Positions 10,436 to 19,677 are shown, counted from the stretch's first letter. The stretch: DNA of 64,000 nt from Vicinamibacteria bacterium (GCA_963719755.1 CAVRDA010000014.1:200536-264535); one strand, 5' to 3'. A program made the numbers and translations. Notes: generated from the sequence alone by a model not told the origin.

Positions 10436-10743
10436 CGAGCTGGCCTCCTGCCGCCAATGCCTGGAGCAGCCTGACCGACAACCTCGGTAGAACATTCCTC
10501 TCGCTTGCCGGCATGCGCTGCATCACGAGTTGGGACGAGCTGCGCCAGCGGCTGGGCGAACCGAAGACGATCCTTTGCCTCGGCAATGGCCCGTCCTCGG
10601 AAGCGGAGGGTATCGATGAGGTGCGCTTCGACTGCCTGTTCCGCGTCAACTGGATCTGGCAAGAGCGTGCCCGCCTTGCGAATCCGAACGTGGTCTTTAC
10701 CGCCGATTTCGATCCGCCGTCACCCGGAGCACCGATCATTTGC
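9286..10743 (+). repeat. copy 1 of a direct repeat of at least 1.46 kb (partner 62541-64000)
   Basis: About 14 substitutions and 2 single-base deletions relative to copy 2, all left of ~10290. The last ~455 nt are identical. Confidence 0.9.
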
Positions 10744-11144
10744 TTTCCGACGCGCGCCGATGCGAACCGCATTCTCGTCGGCTATGCCCGGCGCCGCGTC
10801 GGCGCGCAGACGAAGTATCTGGTCCTTCCAGAGCTACCCTCGCCCCTGTTACGGAAGACCTGGTCACACCGGCCGACCAATGGCGCGATGATGCTGGGCG
10901 TTGAACCCAGCTGCGGCCCAGCCGGCTGATCGTCGCCGGCATTGATCTCTATCTTCACCCCCAAGGGAAATACCCGGGTGAAACCGACGAGCCCAACCAG
11001 TATGACGCGATCCATGATCGCAATATCGATCTTGCGTTCATTCGCGCCGCGTTAGACCAGTTCGACGGGGACGTGGATATTCAAAGCCCGCAGCTGCGAA
11101 GCGCTCTGGCGGCGCCAAGTTCTCAGCAGCTCGACCCTGGCTGA
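10432..11144 (+). pseudogene. CstII/GT42-like glycosyltransferase-fold protein (frameshift ~10900-10925)
   Basis: 'ILCLGNGPSS', 'FDCLFRVN', 'PTNGAMM...LIVAGIDLY' and 'AIHDRNIDLAFI' occur in the same order as the Campylobacter CstII motifs (GNGPS / FRCN / TSG..GIDFY / catalytic His). The C-terminal third is in another frame and ends at TGA 11142-11144. Confidence 0.45.
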
Positions 11145-11820
11145 CGCGAGGGTGGCGGCCGGCAGGTATGCCTGCACCTGATGCAACTGCGCTCTCGACC
11201 TGGAATACCGATCTTTGGCACGAGCGGCGCTGCTTGTGTTGGCCTTTCGCGGCGTCAGACCCTGCCGCCCGAGCCACTCCGCTACCTCGGCGCCAAGCTG
11301 GTGCGGATGGCGGTCCGCCGCAAGAACGATGCGGAGATCCGTAACGAGACGCTCACAACGCTGATCGCGGGCCTTACGCCGGGCGGCTCCGGAATAGAAG
11401 GGGTGGACATGGGCGGTACACGGAGTCCGTTTCTGGCACTACTGAGACATAACTAACCACATGAACGAGGGCAGCTTGCCACGCGGAACCGGACATTCAT
11501 ATTTGCGACCCCGATTCGTTTATTAGTTCACGGCCTAGCGAATGCCTCAGACGTAGCGGCCCAGTTATTGCGTCGCCCTTGACATCCCGTTCGGCGAGGA
11601 AGATGAATCGGTATTCCAACTGATACGCGCTGTCCGACGCGCTGATCGCGTCCAAAATTTACTGCCGGGTTGGGGGCTTACTCGTTGAGGGCGGCCCTAT
11701 CAAATCCGCGATGCGGCCATGCCGACCATCGCTCTATCAGCACCGGGACCGCTCTCTATTGCGTTTTGATATTTGATCGACCCTCGAACTCGCCAGAGCA
11801 CACTGGAGAGGAGAAGCGTC

Positions 11821-13893
11821 ATGGCCGATAGTGTGACCCAGCTGCGCGTTGCCGGGCCTGTTGGAACCAAGCGCAACCTTGCCATTCTGGGCGACGGGTT
11901 CGCGGCAGCCGATCAGGCTGCCTACAATAACTGGGTGCAGACCACGTTGATGGACGGCGTCTTCGGCCGCGACTACTTCTTCGAGGACGCGTCAGCATGG
12001 AACATCTTCCGGGTGAATCTGGAATCGGTGGACTCGGGCATCAGCACGCGCATCTATGACGAGCACGGAACGCCCGCGGACGCCTCCGACGATACGATCA
12101 CCAGCGACGTCACGCGCAACACCGCACTCGGCATCATCTTCAGTGGCTCCTGGGCACATTGCTGGTTGGAGTATGGCCCCAACTCGGGGACCCTGATTTA
12201 AAATGCGCTGGATGCATGGGTGCCGGACGGCAGCTTTGTCCTCATCGTGTTGAACACGACGGGCTTTGGCGGATGCGGCGGCGGCGGCCGTGCCCATGTG
12301 ACTCTCGGCAGCGGATGGGACGTGATTGCGCACGAGTTCGGGCATGGCCTGGGCGGGCTGGCCGACGAGTATTGCGTCGACGGGGCTTATGTCCCCGGCG
12401 GTTCAGAACCCGTCAACCTAACCGCCAACAGCAATCCGGCCACCACCAAATGGCGCAACTTCATCTCCCCAGCGACGCCGGTTCCGACGGGGCTCGGCAA
12501 TTGCGCCGGCTATAATCAAGGCACCAAGCCTGCGGGTTGGAGCGACGACCAGAGCGTCGGCCTGTTCGAGGGCGGCGGCACGAACCAGACCGGGGTCTTC
12601 CGGCCAGTCATCAATTGCCGGATGCGCGGCAACTCGCCTCCCTTCTGTCCCGTCTGCTACACGTCTTTCAAGCGTCAATATGACGAGTGGACCGGACACC
12701 ATTTCCGGAACTGCTATGCCGGCGATTTCAACGGTGACGGCCGCAGCGACGTGCTCGTGCATGCCGGCAATTCGATTCAGATCTTCCGTTCCAATGGGTC
12801 GCAACTCGACCATGTCTCCAGCGCGGTCGGGATCGTGCCCGGCTCCTGGCAGTTTCAGCCCAACGACCAGTTCTATGTCGGCGACTTCAACGGCGACGGC
12901 AAGGATGAGGTCGCGGTCTTCAATGGCACGGATTGGGTGATGCCCTATCTAGGCCTGTTGGCCGATGACGGCAACAACGGCCTTCGGCTGATCGCTCGCT
13001 ACGACGGCGACATACCGGGATGGGGCGGCCTTGCCGCTAACGACAAGTTTTACGTCGGTGACTTCAACGGTGACGGCAAAAAGGACCTGTTCGTGTTCAA
13101 TGGGCAGGATTGGTCAATGACCTATGTCGCCATGTTGCGCTCGACCGGCTCCGGCTTCACTCTGGTGCGGCGGTTTGACGGCGACATACCGGGGTGGGGC
13201 GGCCTGGCGCGCCATGATCAGCTATTTGTCGGCGATTTTAGCGGCGACGGGCGAGACGACCTCTATATCTTCAACGGCGCCGACTGGAGCATGAGCTATG
13301 TCGGCATGTTCCGCGCAAGCGCGTCCAATCTGACTATGACGAGACGCTACGATGGCGACATACCGGGGTGGGGCGGCCTGGCGGAGCATGACCAGCTGAT
13401 CGTCGGCGACTTCAGCGGCGACAACAGAGCGGATCTTTTCATTTTCAATGGCGACGATTGGAGCATGTCCTATCTCGGCATGTTCCGCTCGACCGGCACG
13501 GCGCTGCAGATGGTCCAGCGCTATGACGGCGACGTGCCGGGATGGGGCGGCCTGGCCAGGCACGACAAGTTCCTGCCGGCCGACATCACCGGTGATGGCA
13601 AGACCGATCTCTTCGCCTATAATTACGTCGACTGGTCGGAGGAGTATCTCGGCCGGATGATCTCGACCGGCACTGGTCTGCGCGCAAGCTTCACCGGCGA
13701 CTGGGTCGGCGAATGGAATCTCGGCGGAATCGATAAGTTCGAGGTGTGCAACTACCAGGGACTGACTGGCGAACCCAATCTCTTCGTCCACAATCAGGAC
13801 TGGTTCGGCATGATGCAGGGTCGCCGCGGGCTGACGCTTCAGAGGATTTACTATCGCTGGATCCACAACTATCGATTCGGCCGCAACTGGTGA
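11821..13893 (+). pseudogene. M64 (IgA-peptidase-like) zinc metallopeptidase fused to a ~7-blade FG-GAP/VCBS beta-propeller, interrupted by one in-frame TAA (12199-12201)
   Basis: RBS 'ggagaggag' precedes the ATG at 11821. 'HEFGHGLGGLADEY' is the zinc motif. Seven 'VGDFNGDGxxDLxxFNG' blades are present. ORFs 11773..12201 and 12220..13893 are in the same frame ('GPNSGTLI*NALDAWVPDG'). Confidence 0.8.
12940..13640 (+). repeat. four tandem 174-bp (58-aa) coding repeats (propeller blades)
   Basis: 'ga(c/t)ggcgac(a/g)t(a/g)ccgggxtggggcggcct' recurs at 13003, 13177, 13351 and 13525, an exact 174-nt period. Confidence 0.85.
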
Positions 13894-13905
13894 CGGGAGG
13901 CGACG

Positions 13906-14685
13906 ATGGCGACAAGGTCACTGCCTACCAAGCCCGATCGCGACGCCACGGTTGAACCGTTGCGCGGCAAGGGCCCGACCAAGGGCAAGCGCCCTCCGGC
14001 CGCGAAATCGATGAGGGGAAAGATGGTCTTGAAGCCATCCGTCAAGGCTTCCGCCAAGCAAGCCGCGCGGAAAGCGCCGGCAGGCAAACGCGGCCAGCAA
14101 GAGCTTCCCGATCAGCAGCGCGCGCGGACAAGGGGACGCTCGGCCGAGCAATATGTTCGGCTCCGCGTGCAGGTCGAGGATGGCGAGTTGTCGATCATCG
14201 ACGGTCGTTTGGTCGACGGCCCCCTGGCGCAGACGACGGCATTTCAGGGTAGCCACGCCTACGAGGTCACGGATGGAGATCGGCTTCTGCACGCCGGGTC
14301 GATCCCTGATCTGGGCGTCTTCCGTTCGTTCGCCCATCCCAAAGGCACGCTGGAGCAGCATCGGCACCATTCGTACGAGCTCTCCACGTATGAATTCGCG
14401 GCGCGCGTGCCCGCCGAAGCGTTAAGGGGCGCGGCTGCGTCGAAGATCGCCGTGGTGCTGTATCGGGTGAAGGAGCGTGAGCCGGCCGCCGCGATGCCGG
14501 TTCCAACGCTGGCGGCCGCACCGCTCGGCATTCAGCGCGCGCGCGAGTTGCGTGAAGTGGGGCGGGTCGTCGGCCTGCCGGCCTCGGTGCTTCCATCGGC
14601 CTTGTCGAGGAAGGTCGTGCGAGCAAAGGGAAAGCGCGCAACGGCGAAGAAACCAACCGCAAAACGGAGATCGGCCAAGCGCTGA
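13906..14685 (+). CDS. hypothetical protein with Lys/Arg-rich N- and C-terminal tails
   Basis: Starts 13 nt after the M64 stop. Tails are 'KGPTKGKRPPAAKSMRGK...' and '...RAKGKRATAKKPTAKRRSAKR', around a globular core. No family recognised. Confidence 0.55.
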   Translation: MATRSLPTKPDRDATVEPLRGKGPTKGKRPPAAKSMRGKMVLKPSVKASAKQAARKAPAGKRGQQELPDQQRARTRGRSAEQYVRLRVQVEDGELSIIDGRLVDGPLAQTTAFQGSHAYEVTDGDRLLHAGSIPDLGVFRSFAHPKGTLEQHRHHSYELSTYEFAARVPAEALRGAAASKIAVVLYRVKEREPAAAMPVPTLAAAPLGIQRARELREVGRVVGLPASVLPSALSRKVVRAKGKRATAKKPTAKRRSAKR

Positions 14686-15257
14686 TGGGGGCGCCATTCA
14701 TCATCTCCGGGGCGGAGGAGTGTCGACGTCCTAGCTGTTGGCGATCCTGACAGCTTGACGGGAGCTAAGCGGCTGCGTATGCGCGCGTCGCGCTGGGCTG
14801 AGCTTCGGAATCATCACGCCGTATGTTCATTCGATCTTGAGCAGAGTTTGCTCGCAGACGTCTGGAATGTGCTTGGATTGATTGATGCTCGGGCTTTTGC
14901 ACAATTATCTGGCCTGCTTCGCAAAAGCCGGAAGTGGCACCTTTCGGACCTCGTGCGTTGTCCGACTTGAGTCCTCAGACGTGCCAAAAGAAGACACACT
15001 CTGGTTCTAAACCCGCGAGGTCGCTAGTTGTCGTAAGGGTTCCAGATTGCCCTGGCCTCGCGGAGCGCACTGACGAGCGCTTCCAGGAAGTGCTCGTGGT
15101 TGAGGTCGCTTTGGTGCAGGAACGGCCGCTCGGCAAGGCAATCAGCAACGTGAAAAACAATACGCCGGAGCTGCTGGCCTGATGGCGGCGGCCACCTCGC
15201 ATTGCGTGAAGCCTTTGCCTCGAGGGTCGTGCGCTCGTCCCTCCACCATCAACGCCA

Positions 15258-15760
15258 TCACTGTTGCACCTGACGCCATGCGAAGACCGACGGCTTGTGA
15301 TGGCGCGAGCAGGAAAAGACGAGGATCTTGTTGACCTTGATGCCATCATCGGACAGCGGAAGGAAAATGGTTTCCTCCATCACGTGCCGCCCACTCGGTG
15401 TGATAAACGGCACGGGGTCGAGAAATGGCGCGCCGGTCGCAACCACCCGATCGTAGCACGCTAAGGCGTCCTCAGCAGACGGACCAAAGAAACCTTCCAA
15501 CACTGACTTACCGGTCGGGTCGCTCCCCGTACCTCAACTTCGCTAGTTCCCACGAGGCGGTAGACATATCGCCGCTCGTCCGGAACCACTTCGACCAGCG
15601 AAATGCCGGGAAGGATTTGTGGCGGAATCCTCACTGGGTCAATATCCGTTCGCATCGGCATGCGACGCATGCCGCACGCGGTCAGCCAGTACTCGTATAA
15701 GGCTATCGTGTTCGGATGACAGGTCGATGGGAACTCGATCCGGCGTTCGTCAGCCGTCAT
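15258..15760 (-). pseudogene. PAS_5-type PAS domain protein (frameshift ~15500)
   Basis: 'RRMPMRTDIDPVRIPPQILPGISLVEVV...YVYRLVGTSEVEVRG' continues in another frame as 'LEGFFGPSAEDALACYDRVVATGAPFLDPVPF...'. This is a small-protein family common in Rhizobiales. Confidence 0.5.
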
Positions 15761-16415
15761 GCGCGAAGCTCCGCTACTCACGATGACTATACACCGGCTC
15801 TCACCGAAAGGCACTGTGTGCACCGAGAGAAGAAATACCGCCGGTTCACACCAGCGGGGTTTCCACTTTTCTGGTCAGTCGACGGGTTTGCCTGCCGAGG
15901 GGTCTGCCCGGGAAGTTGATTCCATTGCCGCCGAAGCAATTAGATCGAGGGCATAGCTGCGTGACACCTGGGATGCGCGCGGGCCTCGGCGAAATTCAGA
16001 TCGGGGGATGTCGTCCAGTGGGCTCTCCGCAGCACCACCATAGGTGATGGTTCTTCGGTTCGTTCCACCGCAAGATACACGCCGCCCTATTCTTGGCAGT
16101 ACCCATGCTGTCCGCCCCATATTTCAGATTGTGCGGTTAGCCAGCAGAGCGTAGGATCGCTGGTGACGGGCTCCTAGATCGTAACTTTCCCTTCCTCATC
16201 GGCCCGGTCATTCGTCATCGCAAGACGATTCTAAATCAAGGGATGTGAGCGGCAGCGAATTCGGCTGCGCGCTCTAAGAGCGAACAACATCGCTGTAATT
16301 CTTAAACAAGCCGAAGTCGGCGGATCTAGTCGCGACGTCGATTTCATCGTCGTCACCGCGGACGGTGCGAGCGATGAGATTGAAGGTATGGCTGATTGGC
16401 CCTTGGAACAGAAAA

Positions 16416-16538
16416 ATGAGTATCATTTATGTCGGGTGCGTGGCCGTGATCGTTCTTGCCGTTCTTGGCTTCGTAGCTGCCGCTGAAGATATCGCGAGTG
16501 AATTGCGAGGGCGGCGGGACGGCGAGCGACGAAACTAA
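16416..16538 (+). CDS. possible 40-aa membrane peptide
   Basis: 'MSIIYVGCVAVIVLAVLGFVAAAEDIASELRGRRDGERRN'. One TM segment plus a charged tail, followed by a hairpin. Below the ORF-track size cutoff. Confidence 0.25.
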   Translation: MSIIYVGCVAVIVLAVLGFVAAAEDIASELRGRRDGERRN

Positions 16539-16540
16539 GA

Positions 16541-16557
16541 AAACCCCCGCCGGGTTT
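16541..16557. terminator. hairpin AAACCC-ccgcc-GGGTTT between convergent small genes
   Basis: 6-bp inverted repeat 3 nt after the TAA of the 40-aa ORF and 12 nt from the stop of the minus-strand ORF 16569..16781. No clear U-tract. Confidence 0.3.
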
Positions 16558-16568
16558 GCCCAGCGGGA

Positions 16569-16781
16569 TCATGCACCTCCGTTCGGTCGCAGAACGCGAC
16601 CCACAATACGCGTACCTTTCCAAATCTCGATAGCAGGGAACTCGGCGGATACGGCGAAAGCAGCGTGAGCTTTGACGAGCGCGTCACCGTCATCGCGCGC
16701 ATTCAAATACACGGCGTCGCCAATCTGGTTCTGTACGCTCAGCAGATAAAAGCGATAGGACCCCAAGCTGGCCTCCCCCAA
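16569..16781 (-). CDS. small conserved hypothetical protein (Rhizobiales 'YRxYxL...ELWxGxRxV' family)
   Basis: 'YRFYLLSVQNQIGDAVYLNARDDGDALVKAHAAF...IEIWKGTRIVGRV' fits a recurrent ~70-aa family as I remember it. Confidence 0.5.
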   Translation of the reverse strand: MGEASLGSYRFYLLSVQNQIGDAVYLNARDDGDALVKAHAAFAVSAEFPAIEIWKGTRIVGRVLRPNGGA

Positions 16782-16992
16782 AAAGGCGCGCTTATCACGG
16801 AAACCATACAGCAGTCCGGATTGTGGAGAGACTTATCAAAAGGTTAGGGGGCCCGCCGTAGGGGAAATCCTGCTAACTGCCCAGCGGGGTGTAGGAGTTG
16901 TCGCGCCCATCCCAATTAATCCTGGTGATCTTACCCATGTCGAAGCAAAGAGCTCCTGCAGGAGATCAACGAGTGATGAGAGGGTGGTCGCC

Positions 16993-17490
16993 TCAACTCG
17001 CACGATCTTCCTCGCGATACTCCGTCCCATGCCGATAGTGGATTGCTGTAAGTGCTTCAGGTGGAATCACGCCCAAGTAGACCCACCACGTTCCCGGCTC
17101 GCATCCACGCTCCAGCTCCACCCGTCGTGACGGCAAGATGCGCGTGCGGAAGTCACGCCACCGGATCAAGGCACGATCATCGCGTTCAAGCTCCACGGTG
17201 ATCCGCACGGCTTGCAAATCCGCAAAGCGTGCTCCCTCGGGCGGAAGAATGCCGGTGCGTTCAAAGATGCGGATGCGGTCCACGTCGGTTAGCTCATCCG
17301 GTCCCAGGTCTAGGCCAAGCCCCACCGGGAGCGGTGACGTGGTCAAGCTGATTGCGTTCACGTAGTCCTGCGGATCATGGGAGAGTTCCACGCGGCCCCG
17401 CATGAGCCCATGGGCACGGATCATCCCGAGATTCCCGATAGTGGTGAAGTGATAGAGGATCACGGCGGCGATATCCGGTGCTTCGACCAT
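16993..17490 (-). CDS. hypothetical protein (165 aa)
   Basis: Intact ORF with non-junk composition. N-terminal 'ILYHFTTIGNLGMIRAHGL' motif. No family assigned. Confidence 0.5.
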   Translation of the reverse strand: MVEAPDIAAVILYHFTTIGNLGMIRAHGLMRGRVELSHDPQDYVNAISLTTSPLPVGLGLDLGPDELTDVDRIRIFERTGILPPEGARFADLQAVRITVELERDDRALIRWRDFRTRILPSRRVELERGCEPGTWWVYLGVIPPEALTAIHYRHGTEYREEDRAS

Positions 17491-17598
17491 TTGGCCTAAT
17501 GCTTCCGATCAGATATGCGAGGCAGCCCTGCAATGTTATCTCAATTGATGGGCGACCAGGATGTTTCGCCCATCTCTTTTTTGGGTAACCGGCCTCCC

Positions 17599-17790
17599 AT
17601 GCCTCGCTCAGATGTCTATCGCCGTCGGGCACGAGAGTGTGGCGTGCTGGCTGATGCCGCTTCTGACCTTGAGGGTCGTCAATACTATCTCCAGCTCGCT
17701 CTTGTCTGGAATGATATGGCCAGGGCCGATGAAGCGATGGTATCGCAAGAAATTCCAGCGCTATGGCCGGCAAGTCCATCGGATGCCTGA
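17599..17790 (+). CDS. small hypothetical protein
   Basis: 'MPRSDVYRRRARECGVLADAASDLEGRQYYLQLALVWNDMA' resembles a helical small-protein family common in Bradyrhizobium ('AxEC...A....LA..W..LA'). Confidence 0.45.
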   Translation: MPRSDVYRRRARECGVLADAASDLEGRQYYLQLALVWNDMARADEAMVSQEIPALWPASPSDA

Positions 17791-18049
17791 GATGCAGTGC
17801 CCGATCTGCGGAGTCGTTGTCACCGATATTGTGATGAAGGTGCCATCAGACAGAAGCCTTCTGCGCTGCGCAGAATGCGGTGTCCATTTCCTCATCGAGC
17901 GTGCAGCACCTGTTCTATCCTTCGTGAAGAGTTCGATAGGGCCGATCACCTTTCCCAAGGCCATGTTGAGCGGTAACCCTCTTGCGTTGCCCTCATCGTC
18001 TCGGCACGTGCATAGAGCCGGTATTCTAATCACCCTAGGCTCTCTGTGA
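17783..18049 (+). CDS. small zinc-ribbon protein
   Basis: 'CPICG...(17 aa)...CAECG'. Overlaps the upstream small gene by 8 nt. Confidence 0.4.
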   Translation: MPEMQCPICGVVVTDIVMKVPSDRSLLRCAECGVHFLIERAAPVLSFVKSSIGPITFPKAMLSGNPLALPSSSRHVHRAGILITLGSL

Positions 18050-18337
18050 GCGAGGGGTCCGCAAGTCAGGATACTGCTTTTTCGAGGAATCCTGTCGACC
18101 GGCCACGGCACGCGCTTCGCTGGGCCGTATGCCAAAGTGTCGGTAGAAGGCGCGGCTGAAGGAGCTTTCGTTGGATCTCACCTTCATCACCGATGCATCT
18201 TGAGGTCGGTAACAGGATGTGTCACCCGGCATGCCGTCATCTACGATTGCGACAATCGGGATTCGTGTCTTTGCCGCGGCCTCTGAGGACGGACTCGCCA
18301 CGATGATCCCTTGGAGTAAGGGCTTGAAGGTATTCAT
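18035..18337 (-). pseudogene. AraC-family regulator remnant
   Basis: Contains only the distal HTH signature 'SSFSRAFYRHFGIRPSEAR'. The remainder is too short for a full AraC protein. Confidence 0.35.
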
Positions 18338-18393
18338 ACTGAAACAGGCTACGTGGAGTAGCTGTTAGTCTTGGAACAGAGCGGATCGCGCGC

Positions 18394-19275
18394 ATGCCTC
18401 GTCTGATCGGACGCATCACTTTCTCCTGCATCGCCCTCGCCATCGCCATCGCGGGCGCCGTAAGCGTGTCGTCCGGGCCGGCGCGGGCGATCAAGTCCCC
18501 GTCGGCGCGGATCATCGGCTTGACGTACGACGCCTATCTCGGCGCCCTCCACATCTTCTCTTTCGATGTGGACATGACACTGCAACCGGACCGCTACCGC
18601 GTGACCGCTGAAGGGGGAACGCGAGGCATGGTCGGCTGGCTGTATGCGTTGGATATGAAGCTTGCTGCCGAGGGCCTTGATCACAACGGCCATATCGAGC
18701 CGCGCCGTTACATTTCGGACACTGGGTGGCAACGCAAACAGCGGAGGGTCGATCTCGATTTTGCCGCGGGCGGTCACTATGACCTTCAGCGGACTCCGCC
18801 GCCTGAGCCCGATCCCGACATCGAAGGCGGGTTGCCGGAGACGCTTCCGGATGGGATAGTCGATCCGCTGAGCCTGGCCGTCGCCGCCAGCCGAGCGCTG
18901 GAGGAGACTGGTCGCTGTGACCAGACAGTACCGGTGTTCGACGGTCAACGCCGCTACGACTTGACCGTAAAACAGGTCGAAGAGACGACGCTGCCGCCCA
19001 ACAGCTATTCGATCTATCAGGGCCCCGCGGTGCGCTGCAGCTTCAGCATGGAGCGCATCTCCGGCTTTCGAAAGAGCTGGCGGTCGAGCCGCCAATGGGT
19101 CGCGGGTTCGTCAGCGCCGCCGACGATATGGCTGGCGCCGATCCGACAGGGCCTGCCGCCGGTGCCGGTGCGCTACGAGGGTGAGATCGCGCTCGGCAAC
19201 ATGGTGATCCACCTCACCAAGGCAGAGGTGCGCACCGAACGCGCCAGGACCGTGCCCGACGAGCAAGCCCACTAG
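18394..19275 (+). CDS. DUF3108-like secreted protein
   Basis: Signal peptide 'ITFSCIALAIAIAGAVSVSSGPARA'. 'YDAYLGALHIFSFDV...RYRVTAEGGTRG' is recalled as DUF3108-like. Intact ORF. Confidence 0.5.
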   Translation: MPRLIGRITFSCIALAIAIAGAVSVSSGPARAIKSPSARIIGLTYDAYLGALHIFSFDVDMTLQPDRYRVTAEGGTRGMVGWLYALDMKLAAEGLDHNGHIEPRRYISDTGWQRKQRRVDLDFAAGGHYDLQRTPPPEPDPDIEGGLPETLPDGIVDPLSLAVAASRALEETGRCDQTVPVFDGQRRYDLTVKQVEETTLPPNSYSIYQGPAVRCSFSMERISGFRKSWRSSRQWVAGSSAPPTIWLAPIRQGLPPVPVRYEGEIALGNMVIHLTKAEVRTERARTVPDEQAH

Positions 19276-19677
19276 CAGAGAGCCGTCATAGCCCTCACGG
19301 TTTTTCGCAGTGGCGTGACCGGGAGGTAATGGGTGGTGTGACTTGCATTCCTGTCGGAAAGGTCAGCTGTCGGAGGTGAAGCGGACCTGTCGCAGAGCCA
19401 CTTGATCGTCTGAGTTTGACCGATGCTGTTCTCTAATAAGTCAAGGGGCGGCCACTCTGATCCTGAGCATTGATGCGCTGCCTTTGGGTGCCTGCGTTCT
19501 CTGCGTGCTCGATGGCACTCGATGGGGTCAGCTGGGTGCGGGGTGGCTTGGTTGAAACCGCAGTCAGTCATCGGATCGACCGCATGCGACAGAATCGGCG
19601 CCATCACCCACGCCCTCCCTCGGGCAGTGCTCCGCTCGGGAGCTCGTCTCGGCCTCCTGTCTGCTGCCGCACTGAAC

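Noticed and set aside
11181-11456. 91-aa ORF downstream of the GT42-like gene (and 14975..15349, 15875..16120, 19272..19607)
   Set aside because: No RBS or family signal was seen. They overlap REP-like repeats or remnants, and alternative frames look equally plausible.
12190-12210. Programmed recoding (frameshift or readthrough) at the M64 TAA
   Set aside because: The downstream part is in the same frame, so no frameshift is needed. 'ctg att taa aat' is not an X_XXY_YYZ slippery site. I see no downstream structure, and TAA is the least leaky stop. A point mutation or base-call error is the simpler explanation.
12940-13640. Regular 174-bp tandem repeats as a possible CRISPR- or satellite-like array
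   Set aside because: The repeats are in frame, have no unique spacers, and encode FG-GAP propeller blades. They are coding repeats.
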